A DNA stretch of 38,548 nucleotides. Origin: a virus (taxonomy: Duplodnaviria; Caudoviricetes). The notes beneath the pieces are model-generated. The model saw nothing but the letters and a program-made list of their open reading frames with translations. It did not search any database and was not told the DNA's origin. The stretch covers positions 1-38,548 of IMG/VR virus record IMGVR_UViG_3300005326_000034; one strand, written 5' to 3'. The number at the start of each line of letters is the position of its first letter. Positions within the stretch are counted from its first letter, which is position 1. Positions 16,681-24,669 of the stretch are shown here, one piece after another. The position numbers were made by a program, and so were the translations under genes.

Positions 16681-18324
16681 ATGAGCAAGTACATCGTCTA
16701 TCCCAACGGGAGCATCACGACCAGAGGCGCGGCCGCGACGATCTACGGCGGTTCGGCCTCGGTCCATGCCGCGCTTGGCGATGCGTCCGACGCCACGTAC
16801 GTGAAGGCGGCCGCGAAGCTCGGCCTGGTCGCTGACTCCGAGGTCACCACCCCCGCGATCGTCGCCGGCGAGCGCATCGTCGCCGTGTGCGCCGGCATGC
16901 GGCTGAGTAAGCCCTCCGCGTCGACCGGCCGCGCGAAGATGTACGCGTCGCTCCTGGTTGCCGGGGCGGTACTGCAGTCTGCGAGCGGGGTCATACTCAA
17001 CACGACCTCATCGATCACGAACCGGGAAGCCGCACCGTACGCGGTGGCCGAGGCCTCCTGGCTCGCACCCGACGGCTCGGAGTGGACCACGGCGCACATG
17101 GCCAACCTGATCGTGTCACTGTGGGACACGAACGACGTGCCATCGGCGAGCGAGTTCCTGTTCTACCGTTCGTGGATCTCGGTGTTCACCCACAAGCCCG
17201 CCGTCGTCTCTGTCGAGGGCCCGGTCGGTAACATCACCACGGTCTCTCAGCCTCAAGCCGAGGTCGACATCTCCACCGTGAACGATGACTGGCTCTCGAG
17301 CCTCACCTCAGGCGGCGACCTCGAGGTCAAGTGGTTCACGGCCGCTCAGTACGGAGCTCCGGGCTTCGATCCCGAGACGGCGACACCGTTCGCGAGCGGC
17401 ACGGCGCGCTACGACAATCCCAACTACGTCGACGGCGTCACGCCGGGCACCGTGACCGTCTTCGTCACGCCCGACAAGGCGCTCACCAACGACACGACGT
17501 TTCGGGCATACGCTCGAGCGAGCCGTGACGTCTTCTCCGGACAGAGCGCGTTCTGGGGGGTGTGGGACTACAGCGAGTTCACGATGGACCTCACGCCGAG
17601 TGCCACGCCGACACTGACCGCGACCGCTGTCACCGCAACGGGCACCATCGACGTCGAGGTCTCCGCTGCCGCGACCGCCGGGCACTCGGCGCCCGCCTTC
17701 GAGATCGAGCGCACGGAAGACGGCGTGACCTGGTCGGCCCTGCGCGGGTGCACCGCGCTTTCCGCCACCTTCGACGACACCTACACCATCCACGATCGCG
17801 AGATGAGCCGCGGCGTAGAGACCACCTACCGGGCGCGCGTGGTCACCACACTCGCCGGCGGCCGCGTCGCCTCGGAGTGGTCCGCCACCGACGCGGCGAC
17901 ACTCGCCGTCGACGGCTGGTGGCTCCGGATGCCCCAGCTCGCCGAGACACCGGCTGTCGAGATCGCGCACATGCACATCTCGGGCATGCCGGCGTCGCAG
18001 CGCAACGAGGACGTCGGCATCTTCCGGGTAAAGGGCTTCGACCTGCCGGTCATCGTCGGCGGTGACTTCAGCGGATGGGACGGTTCGTACAGCGTCTTCT
18101 GCGACAGCGCCTCCGCGTTCGACGCGCTCGTGGCGCTCCTCGATCGCCGGGGCCCGGTGTGGGTGGAGAGTCCCTTCGGCGACTCGAAGTGGGTGCGCTT
18201 CACCACGTCGGCCGAGGCCGTCAAGCGAGGCTCCACGCTCGCATCCGTGCGTCGCGCGGTCGAGCTCTCGTACGTCGAGTGCGAAGCCGCCGTCGGCGAG
18301 ACCATCATCGTCGACGTGACGTAA
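16681..18324 (+). CDS. Minor tail protein (FN3-like repeats plus Dit-like C-terminus)
   Basis: Directly after TMP; FEIERTEDGVTW, TYRARV, SEWS; C-terminal PVWVESPFGD...ELSYVEC. Confidence 0.75.
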   Translation: MSKYIVYPNGSITTRGAAATIYGGSASVHAALGDASDATYVKAAAKLGLVADSEVTTPAIVAGERIVAVCAGMRLSKPSASTGRAKMYASLLVAGAVLQSASGVILNTTSSITNREAAPYAVAEASWLAPDGSEWTTAHMANLIVSLWDTNDVPSASEFLFYRSWISVFTHKPAVVSVEGPVGNITTVSQPQAEVDISTVNDDWLSSLTSGGDLEVKWFTAAQYGAPGFDPETATPFASGTARYDNPNYVDGVTPGTVTVFVTPDKALTNDTTFRAYARASRDVFSGQSAFWGVWDYSEFTMDLTPSATPTLTATAVTATGTIDVEVSAAATAGHSAPAFEIERTEDGVTWSALRGCTALSATFDDTYTIHDREMSRGVETTYRARVVTTLAGGRVASEWSATDAATLAVDGWWLRMPQLAETPAVEIAHMHISGMPASQRNEDVGIFRVKGFDLPVIVGGDFSGWDGSYSVFCDSASAFDALVALLDRRGPVWVESPFGDSKWVRFTTSAEAVKRGSTLASVRRAVELSYVECEAAVGETIIVDVT

Positions 18325-18333
18325 GGAGGCGCC

Positions 18334-19434
18334 ATGTACCCGGTGAGCGCCGCCTTCGCAGCAGAGGTCAAAGGATCATACCACCGGGCACTCGCGGTCG
18401 AGCTGTGGCTCGGCTCGGCAAAAGTGCGCGACCTCAAGGTCCTCGACGGCTCGGTCTCGATCGATGCTCGCCGTGCGATCCTGCGCACGTGCACGCTCAC
18501 GATCGCGCCGGACCCGGACGACCTCGAGGCGGTCTGGGCCGACATCGCCGTCCCGGGCGCCGAGATCAAGATCTGGCGTGGGATCCACCTGATCTCAGGC
18601 GTGACCGAGCTCGTGCCGCTCGGCGTCTTCGTCTTCGACGAGCCCGACCGTGCATCGAATGAGACCATCTCGGTGACGGGTTCGGACCGCGCGACGCGCA
18701 TCGTGCGCGCACGCCTGCTCGACCCGTACGTCATCCCGGCCGGCACCGCGCTCGAAGACGCGATCGCGGACCTCCTGGTCGACCGCTGGTCCGCCTGCCC
18801 GACGTCGATGCCGGTGACCGGCGTGTCGCTGGGCGCGCAGGCCGTCATAGAGGCCGGGCCCTCCTCGGACCCGTGGCGTGATGCTGTCGCTATCGCGGAG
18901 GCGTACGGCTACGTCCCGTACTTCGACGGCGAGGGCACCGCGACGATGCGGCAGATCCCCGATCCGACAACGACGCAGCCCGTGGCCACGTACGACCGCA
19001 CTGTCGACCGGGTCATCGTCAGCGAGCAGCAGCGGATCTCGTTCTCGAAGACCTACTCCGGCGTCGTGGCAAGGGGCGAGGGGAGCGCCGTGGCGGTGCC
19101 CGTGCAGGGCGTCGCCTGGGACGAAGACCCGCAGTCCCCGACCTATTACCTCGGGCCGTTCGGTCAGGTCCCGTACTTCTACAGCTCGCCGCTCCTCACG
19201 ACCCAGGCCGAGGCGGACCTCGCTGCCGCGTCGCTGCTGCCGCGCGTGGTCGGACGGAGCAAGCGCGTCGTCTGGAGCTGGATATGCAACCCGGCCCACG
19301 ACGCCACCGACGTCGTCGCCTTCACCACGGGAGGCACGGGCGAGGAGCGCCACGTGCTCGACGAGCTCACGATCCCGCTCGTGGCCGCCGTCGGGATGAC
19401 CGCGACGGCCCGCGAGACGCGCCAGAGGAGCTGA
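18334..19434 (+). CDS. Tail tip hub protein (DUF5047-like)
   Basis: DGSVSIDARRAILRTCTLTI, IWRGI, VPLGVF, SPTYYLGPFGQVPYFYSSPLLTT. Confidence 0.82.
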   Translation: MYPVSAAFAAEVKGSYHRALAVELWLGSAKVRDLKVLDGSVSIDARRAILRTCTLTIAPDPDDLEAVWADIAVPGAEIKIWRGIHLISGVTELVPLGVFVFDEPDRASNETISVTGSDRATRIVRARLLDPYVIPAGTALEDAIADLLVDRWSACPTSMPVTGVSLGAQAVIEAGPSSDPWRDAVAIAEAYGYVPYFDGEGTATMRQIPDPTTTQPVATYDRTVDRVIVSEQQRISFSKTYSGVVARGEGSAVAVPVQGVAWDEDPQSPTYYLGPFGQVPYFYSSPLLTTQAEADLAAASLLPRVVGRSKRVVWSWICNPAHDATDVVAFTTGGTGEERHVLDELTIPLVAAVGMTATARETRQRS

Positions 19435-19438
19435 GGAC

Positions 19439-20077
19439 ATGCCGGACAAGCATGACGTCGCACAGATGCTCAAGCAGCCCGCAGCGGACCTCAGGATGCG
19501 CTACGGGGTCATCGCCGCGGTCAACGCGGACGGCACCGTCGACGTCACACTCGGCGGCTCGGTTGTGGTGATCGGAGACGTGAAGGTCGCCTCATCGTGC
19601 TGCCCGATCGCGGGCGCCACGTGCATCCTCATGCTCTCCGGGAACGACCTGGTCGTGCGTGACACACTCGCGACCGCCGTGGCGCACTGCCACGTCCGCC
19701 GCGCGGCCGTGCAGACGATCAGCACGGCCTCCTGGACGCCGGTCTCGTTCGACACCGAGGACGTCGATCCGTACGCCATGCGCGCTGCCGGCGCGCCGAC
19801 GCGGATCACGATCGCGACCCCGGGCATCTACAACGTCTTCGCAACGGCCGAGTGGGCGCTGAGCGCCACCGGCGCCCGGCTCATGAGCATCCTGCTCAAC
19901 GGCGCCGGCAAGGCCGCGCTCAAGCTCAACGCCACGGGATCCGGCTACATGACGACAGCACAGGAGATCCGGATCGCCCAGGGCGAGTACCTCGAGCTCT
20001 CGGTCTATCAGGACACGGGCGGAGACCTCAACCTCACCGCGGCCCGGCTGCGCGCGTCGTGGAAGAGCCCGCTCTGA
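19439..20077 (+). CDS. Tail spike/receptor-binding protein (OB-like N-terminus, C1q/TNF-like C-terminus)
   Basis: RYGVIAAVNADGTVDV; VSFDTEDVD, RITIATPGIYNV, GEYLELSVYQ. Confidence 0.72.
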   Translation: MPDKHDVAQMLKQPAADLRMRYGVIAAVNADGTVDVTLGGSVVVIGDVKVASSCCPIAGATCILMLSGNDLVVRDTLATAVAHCHVRRAAVQTISTASWTPVSFDTEDVDPYAMRAAGAPTRITIATPGIYNVFATAEWALSATGARLMSILLNGAGKAALKLNATGSGYMTTAQEIRIAQGEYLELSVYQDTGGDLNLTAARLRASWKSPL

Positions 20078-20096
20078 GAGACACGCGGGGCAAGGT
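20076..20096 (+). promoter_or_regulatory. GAGACAC-box promoter for lysis genes
   Basis: GAGAGACAC-gcgggg-CAAGGT, 36 nt before the endolysin ATG. Confidence 0.62.
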
Positions 20097-20132
20097 GGAC
20101 TCAGGGACCGAACACCAGGAGGGACCGCGATC

Positions 20133-20756
20133 ATGGCCGCGACACTCAACACGCTCGAGGAGTTCCGCCTTTTCGTCGAAGCCCAGCTCGGCGAGACCTA
20201 CCGTCTCGGCGCCGAGGTGCCACCGTCATCGTGGCCGCTCAAGGATCCTTCCGACGTGTGGGACTGCAGCGAGCTCGTGCAGGTCTCCTACGGCAAGGCC
20301 GGCGTGACGATCACCGACGGCGCGTGGCTGCAGTACGACGCCACCAGGGCCGTCTCCTCGCCCCGCGTGGGCGACCTCGTCTTCAAGCGCAACAATCCCG
20401 ATCGGCCGAACGGCATCGGTCACGTCGGCATCATCACCCGCGTGCCGTCCAAGGGATCGCCCTACATCGTCGAGGCCAAGGGTAAGGACTTCGGCGTCGT
20501 CATGAGCAGACTCTCGGACTGGCAGGCCTCGAGCACGTTCGCGGGGATCCGCCGGTATCCACCGTTCACCGCTCGATTCCCGAAGGAGGTCGCCACCGTG
20601 GCAGCCAAGAACAAGGTCGGCATCGTGCTCTACCGCCCAGGTCTGCAGTCGAAGCTCGTGGCCGCGATGGAGGCGCTCGGCGTGAAGTTCCTCGCCGTCG
20701 ACGCCGACACCACCGTGGTCGAGCGCCTGAACGCGCCGAGCGCGAACAAGCTGTGA
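20133..20756 (+). CDS. Endolysin, NlpC/P60 peptidase
   Basis: WDCSELVQ, GDLVF, GHVGI, IVEA catalytic motifs; RBS aggaggg. Confidence 0.9.
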   Translation: MAATLNTLEEFRLFVEAQLGETYRLGAEVPPSSWPLKDPSDVWDCSELVQVSYGKAGVTITDGAWLQYDATRAVSSPRVGDLVFKRNNPDRPNGIGHVGIITRVPSKGSPYIVEAKGKDFGVVMSRLSDWQASSTFAGIRRYPPFTARFPKEVATVAAKNKVGIVLYRPGLQSKLVAAMEALGVKFLAVDADTTVVERLNAPSANKL

Positions 20757-21223
20757 ACCTCGAGGTGATCATCGCTATCACCGCCGCTGCGTCCGCGGGC
20801 GTCGGCATCATCGGCGGTCTGGTGGCAGCGCGCTACACCTGGCGCAAGGACCGCCGGGAGAGCGCCGAGGCAGAGCAGGACCGCGTGAGCGCGTCGACGA
20901 CGGCCGATCGCGAGAAGGAGGCGGCCGATGATCGCGCAGCCGATCGGCTCGTGAGGCTCCTAAACGAGGCGAATGCCATCGCGATCGAGAACGAGCGCAT
21001 GAAGTACGAGCTCAAGCTGAACGATGAGATCACGAAGGTGAAGGCGCTACACAAGCGGCAGTTCGACGAGATGCGCACGAGCCTAATGGCGGAGATGCAG
21101 CGGCAGATCCGCGAGGCGCTCGACGTCTACGGCTGCGAGCTCGCCGCGGTCGGCTGCAAGAACCGCCGGCCGCGCATGCATGCTGCCACGTTAGACATGA
21201 GCCCTGCCACGCCAGACGTGTAG
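20753..21223 (+). CDS. Membrane-anchored coiled-coil protein in lysis cassette (holin-like)
   Basis: N-terminal hydrophobic helix then charged coiled coil; overlaps the endolysin stop. Confidence 0.65.
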   Translation: MNLEVIIAITAAASAGVGIIGGLVAARYTWRKDRRESAEAEQDRVSASTTADREKEAADDRAADRLVRLLNEANAIAIENERMKYELKLNDEITKVKALHKRQFDEMRTSLMAEMQRQIREALDVYGCELAAVGCKNRRPRMHAATLDMSPATPDV

Positions 21224-21225
21224 CT

Positions 21226-21307
21226 CCGGGCGGCACGTATAGGCATCCCGCCCGGTCCCCGCGGGCTGCTGACGGCCCTGTCTTGAGGCTCCCTCGAGGC
21301 GGGGCCG
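21226..21307 (+). terminator. Double hairpin ending the late operon
   Basis: ccgggcgg/ccgcccgg stem (21226-21255) and 16-bp stem cggccctgtcttgagg-ctc-cctcgaggcggggccg (21273-21307), whose 3 G-U pairs form only on the + strand. Confidence 0.65.
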
Positions 21308-21315
21308 CTCACTTC

Positions 21316-21741
21316 TTACGGGTGGACGAACTTGTCGATCCGCTTGCCGTCTCCGTCGTAGACCACGACCTCTTGGACTGCGGGGAACGCCGAGAGCACG
21401 GCTCCCGCGACACCCTTGGCGTACATCCGGTCCGGGCCGTCCAGGTACGTGTAGACGGACACGTTGGCGTCGTACGTGACGATGTCCTTGATGTAGTCGG
21501 AGACCCCCGCCTCAGCGAAGACCGCGCTCACCTCGGAGACGCTCACCACCGGCGGCGCTTGCGCGGTGTCCTCTCCGCTCCCGCACGACATACACCCGAC
21601 GAAGCCCACGGCCATGAGCAGGAAAAGCACCAGGCACGTGACGGCGCTAGAGCTCGTTGCCGGGGCGGCTGCCTTCGCACAATGCGGGCAGGCGTCGTAG
21701 TTGTCCTCGTACTCCTTGTCGCACTTCGCGCAGCGTTTCAT
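21316..21741 (-). CDS. Zinc-ribbon plus TM membrane protein (possible lysogenic conversion/superinfection exclusion)
   Basis: RBS gaggaggtg; MKRCAKC...CPHC, hydrophobic helix VTCLVLFLLMAVGFVG, extracytoplasmic domain. Confidence 0.75.
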   Translation of the reverse strand: MKRCAKCDKEYEDNYDACPHCAKAAAPATSSSAVTCLVLFLLMAVGFVGCMSCGSGEDTAQAPPVVSVSEVSAVFAEAGVSDYIKDIVTYDANVSVYTYLDGPDRMYAKGVAGAVLSAFPAVQEVVVYDGDGKRIDKFVHP

Positions 21742-21792
21742 GCGCACCTCCTCGCGCCGTTCTTCTCCGCCGGCGCTCGAGTTCCTGCTTCC

Positions 21793-21813
21793 GGGAGACA
21801 CAACGCTGAGGCT
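21793..21813 (+). promoter_or_regulatory. GAGACAC-box promoter pointing into attP/antisense to int
   Basis: GGGAGACAC-aacgct-GAGGCT; no + strand gene follows. Confidence 0.55.
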
Positions 21814-21905
21814 GACACAGGGGGGCGAGGGGCTTCCCGCGAGGCACTTGGCGCGAGATGGCGCGCGCCGGTGCCTCTTTGCCCTGGTAGGGTCCATACG
21901 CGCAA

Positions 21906-21948
21906 CGGTTTTTGAGACCGGCGCGTCTGCCTGTTCCGCCACCCGGGC
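21906..21948 (-). other. attP core: 5' half of a tRNA-Leu(CAA) gene
   Basis: Minus strand GCCCGGGTGGCGGAACAGGCAGACGCGCCGGTCTCAAAAACCG = acceptor 5' strand, D arm, anticodon arm (CAA); no T arm follows. Confidence 0.88.
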
Positions 21949-21987
21949 CGCTACTCAACGAGTCATACGTCTAACAAAGCGGCTCAT

Positions 21988-21996
21988 AATCTACCA
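21988..21996 (-). promoter_or_regulatory. Candidate extended -10 promoter upstream of tRNA half
   Basis: Minus strand TGgTAGATT about 40 nt upstream of the tRNA 5' end, in an AT-richer patch. Confidence 0.45.
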
Positions 21997-22019
21997 CGAA
22001 AGCTCACATTCTGGCGCGG

Positions 22020-23132
22020 CTACTTGGCGCGAGATGGCGCGTCGGAGCACTTGGCGCGAGATGGCGCGCGCCTGAGCGTCTCCGCCAGATCCGCCGCGTT
22101 CTCGTCCGCCGACCTACCCGGGCGCAGGTAGTAGCGGTCCGTGACGGTGATCGTCGAGTGCCCCAGCCGTCGCGACACGACCACGGCATCCACGCCGGCC
22201 GCGAGGAGCAGCGTCGCGTGCGTATGTCGCAGGTCTCTGAGCGGGATCGGCGGCAACTCGAGTTCCTCGAGGCGCGCCTTGAAGCGACGCGAGATCGCGG
22301 TGGGCCCGAACGCCACGACGGGGCCGAGGCCGCGATACGGCCTGAGCGCGTCACAGGCCCACTGGGGGAGCGTGACGGTCCGGTCGCTCGTCTCTGACTT
22401 CGGAGCCTCGGTCCAGCGTTCTCCGTGGCTCTCGTGCATCCCTCGCGCGATCGTCACTGTGCGGGCCTTGAGGTCCAGGTCGGTCCACAGGAGGCCGGCG
22501 ACCTCGGAGCGACGCAAGCCGGCGGCGAGCGCGAGCACGACGACCGGCTCAAGAGGATGCCCGGCGAACCCGTCGAGCACAGCGTTGGCTTCTTCGATCG
22601 AGAGGATCCGCGGCTCGTGCCGCGGCACAGACGGGGCCATGTGCTTGTTCGCGGGGTTCTTCTCGATCATCCCCCACGTGACGGCCTGCTCGAGCGCCCC
22701 GCGCAGGATCCGGAAGGCATGGAGGCGCGTCTGCGCACCGACCCCGCGTCGGGCCAAGTCGGCCAACCACTTGTCGAGGATGTAGCTCGACAGCGCGGTC
22801 AACTTCACGTGTCCGATCAGCGGGTAGGCGTGGGTCTTCATCTTGTCCGCGTACCCCTCGTGCGTCCGCCGGCGGACCTTCGGCGGCTCCATCGCCGGAA
22901 GCCACATATCCTCGAGGTAAGCGCGCACCGTCAGGTTCTTCGCGGTAGGCGCCACGGCCCCGACCTCGAGGAGCATCCGCGCGAGCTCGCGCTCGGCCTC
23001 GTTCCTCGTGCCGTGAAACGTACGATCCAGACGCCGGCGGCGCCGGGTCACAGGATCCACCCCCGCGGATACCTGGATGCGCCAGACGCCCCGCGAGGTC
23101 TCTCTGATCGACCCGAGCTGACGGCGGCTCAT
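22020..23132 (-). CDS. int: Tyrosine integrase
   Basis: GLRRSE, PKS, LRDLRHTHATLL, SRRLGHS, DRYY; N-terminal arm-binding GSIRE..GVWRIQV. Confidence 0.96.
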   Translation of the reverse strand: MSRRQLGSIRETSRGVWRIQVSAGVDPVTRRRRRLDRTFHGTRNEAERELARMLLEVGAVAPTAKNLTVRAYLEDMWLPAMEPPKVRRRTHEGYADKMKTHAYPLIGHVKLTALSSYILDKWLADLARRGVGAQTRLHAFRILRGALEQAVTWGMIEKNPANKHMAPSVPRHEPRILSIEEANAVLDGFAGHPLEPVVVLALAAGLRRSEVAGLLWTDLDLKARTVTIARGMHESHGERWTEAPKSETSDRTVTLPQWACDALRPYRGLGPVVAFGPTAISRRFKARLEELELPPIPLRDLRHTHATLLLAAGVDAVVVSRRLGHSTITVTDRYYLRPGRSADENAADLAETLRRAPSRAKCSDAPSRAK

Positions 23133-23142
23133 CGGATTGCGC

Positions 23143-23463
23143 CTACTCGACGCGCATGGAGGCGGTGAGTAGGTCGCGGAGCTCGGGGCGGATCGCCTCA
23201 GAGAACCACGCCCACCCGCCCGGGGGTTCGAGAATGACGATCAACGCCATCATGAGCTCAAGGCTCGGCGTCTGCAGGCCCTTCTCGATGTTGTACAGCG
23301 TCGGCTTCGATGCGGCCGTCCTTGGTGTCAGCTCTCTGATCCGGGCGCTCAGGTCCTCGACTTCGAGGCCCTTCAGTGCGCGCGCGGACTTGATGCGCCT
23401 TCCCATCTCGACGGGGTCCATGATCGTTCTCGTGGTCCCTTCCCCAGGGGCGAGATCCATCAT
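23143..23463 (-). CDS. Immunity repressor (XRE HTH); start uncertain (23421/23463 or further upstream)
   Basis: MGRRIKSARALKGLEVEDLS...SKPTLYNIEKGLQTPSLE; divergent from cro, upstream of int. Confidence 0.8.
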   Translation of the reverse strand: MMDLAPGEGTTRTIMDPVEMGRRIKSARALKGLEVEDLSARIRELTPRTAASKPTLYNIEKGLQTPSLELMMALIVILEPPGGWAWFSEAIRPELRDLLTASMRVE

Positions 23464-23630
23464 CTGCTCGTGCTCCGCGGTCATCATCGGCTCCACTAAC
23501 CTCCAGAACGTGTCGTCAAGATCCTGTACATGTTCCACATTATCCCCCAATTCGTAACGAAAGCTAACAAATAGCGTATTCCACGACACTGACACGACTC
23601 CCTAAACAGAATCTAAACGAAATTGCCCTA

Positions 23631-23660
23631 TTGACGAAGATTCTAGACTGCGCCTAATCT
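23631..23660 (+). promoter_or_regulatory. Early rightward sigma-A promoter (PR)
   Basis: TTGACG-18 nt-TAATCT upstream of cro. Confidence 0.7.
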
Positions 23661-23732
23661 ACGAGACACAGGCACAACAAGCAAGGCCAGACGCGGGTAA
23701 GTCTGCGCGGAGCCTAGTCTCAGGAGGTCGGG

Positions 23733-23954
23733 GTGGCAGTCGTTAGACTCACTGTTCGAAGGGACGGCCTGAAGCGCCTTCGCCTAGAACGCGGCCTTTC
23801 CCGTGAGACTCTCGCTGCCGCTGCCGGAGTCAACGGGCGCACGATCGAAGCTATGGAGCTCGGCCGGAACCTTCCGCGCCCTTCGACCATCCGTAAGGTC
23901 GCATCTGCCCTTGATGTTGCGATCGAGGACATCTCCGAGGTGGTCGAGCTGTGA
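23733..23954 (+). CDS. Cro-like HTH regulator
   Basis: LKRLRLERGLSRETLAAAAGV..RTIEAMELGRNLPRPSTIRKVASAL; RBS aggagg. Confidence 0.88.
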   Translation: MAVVRLTVRRDGLKRLRLERGLSRETLAAAAGVNGRTIEAMELGRNLPRPSTIRKVASALDVAIEDISEVVEL

Positions 23955-24160
23955 AGACCCCTCTACCGATGGAGCCCCTTGCTGTCTCCCCAGAGCGGGC
24001 GGCCGAGCTGACCAACCTCGGTATCAATCTCGTCAGGCATCTCATCGCCGAGAACCGTTTCCCGCACGTTCCTGTTGGCGGCCGCAAGGTCATCGTCCCG
24101 GTCGACATGCTCCGCGAGTGGCTGCGCGCCCAGGCCGAGCGCGGGATCCCGCTGCTATGA
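23951..24160 (+). CDS. Excisionase-like HTH protein
   Basis: LAVSPERAAELTNLG...VRHLI...FPHVPVGGRKVIVP..LREW. Confidence 0.82.
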   Translation: MKTPLPMEPLAVSPERAAELTNLGINLVRHLIAENRFPHVPVGGRKVIVPVDMLREWLRAQAERGIPLL

Positions 24161-24669
24161 CCACTCGACGACTTCCCTGGTTCCGGATGTACACGGAATC
24201 GCGCAATGACTCGAAGCTCGACGCCCTCGCCGATCGCGAGTTCCGCATCTGGCACAAGTTGCTGTGTTACTCGGCGGAATCAGAGCCTCGCGGCGTGGTC
24301 GACTACTCCGACCCGGAATTCACGGCGCTCGAGATCCGCGTCGACGCTGACGATCTCGACGCTGCGATCAAGCGCATGACGCGCGTCCGCCTGGTCGAGG
24401 TCGAAGGTCAGTTCGTCTTCTTCCCCTCGTTCGCTGAGCGCCAGTACGACAAGCCATCAGATCACCCGGGCCCGGTGCGCGAGCGGAAGAGAAAGAGCCG
24501 GGCCGCGAAGAGCCCGAGCGGCGGCGCGGGTCACACACAGTCACGCGGCGTCACGCCCTTGTCACGCGGCGTCACGCATAGAGAAGAAGAGATTAGAGAA
24601 GAGACAGATAAGAAAGACCTTGGCGTTTTGGAGCCTGTGGATAACTCGGCTGCGGCGTGGTCGATGTGA
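24157..24669 (+). CDS. Phage replication initiator (replisome organiser-like)
   Basis: PWFRMYTE..NDSKL, IWHKLLC, RERKRKSR, internal iteron-coded SRGVT repeats. Confidence 0.8.
   Translation: MTTRRLPWFRMYTESRNDSKLDALADREFRIWHKLLCYSAESEPRGVVDYSDPEFTALEIRVDADDLDAAIKRMTRVRLVEVEGQFVFFPSFAERQYDKPSDHPGPVRERKRKSRAAKSPSGGAGHTQSRGVTPLSRGVTHREEEIREETDKKDLGVLEPVDNSAAAWSM
24530..24644 (+). other. Putative replication origin: phased GTCAC iterons, purine-rich tract, DnaA box
   Basis: GTCAC at 24530/24540/24550/24561/24571; agagaagaagagattagagaagagacagataagaaaga; TGTGGATAA at 24636-24644. Confidence 0.75.

Larger units (their letters stand above)
21844..22072. repeat. Integrase arm-type site repeats flanking attP core
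   Basis: gcacttggcgcgagatggcgcgcgcc identical at 21844-21869 and 22047-22072; acttggcgcgagatggcgcg at 22022-22041; TGGCGCG unit. Confidence 0.85.

Noticed and set aside
17944-17962. GAGACAC copy inside minor tail gene
   Set aside because: Hexamer at +6 is TCGAGA (no -11A/-7T) and there is no downstream gene start; treated as chance.
7605-20077. Diversity-generating retroelement or invertible tail cassette
   Set aside because: No reverse transcriptase, no TR/VR pair, no invertase or flanking inverted repeats seen.
21860-21948. Complete phage-encoded tRNA-Leu
   Set aside because: After the anticodon stem there is no variable arm, T-loop (GTTCRA) or 3' acceptor strand; it is a half gene.
21844-22072. 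Mini-CRISPR array
   Set aside because: Spacing is irregular (about 7 and about 150 nt), the repeats flank a tRNA-like core next to int, and no cas genes are present; arm sites explain them.
23663-23681. GAGACAC copy in the immunity region
   Set aside because: Hexamer at +6 is AACAAG (lacks -7T); not counted as a promoter, although it overlaps the PR start and could be a repressive binding site.
23520-23760. SOS (GAAC-N4-GTTC) box in the switch region
   Set aside because: Closest matches (around 23525 and 23746-23757) do not fit the palindrome.
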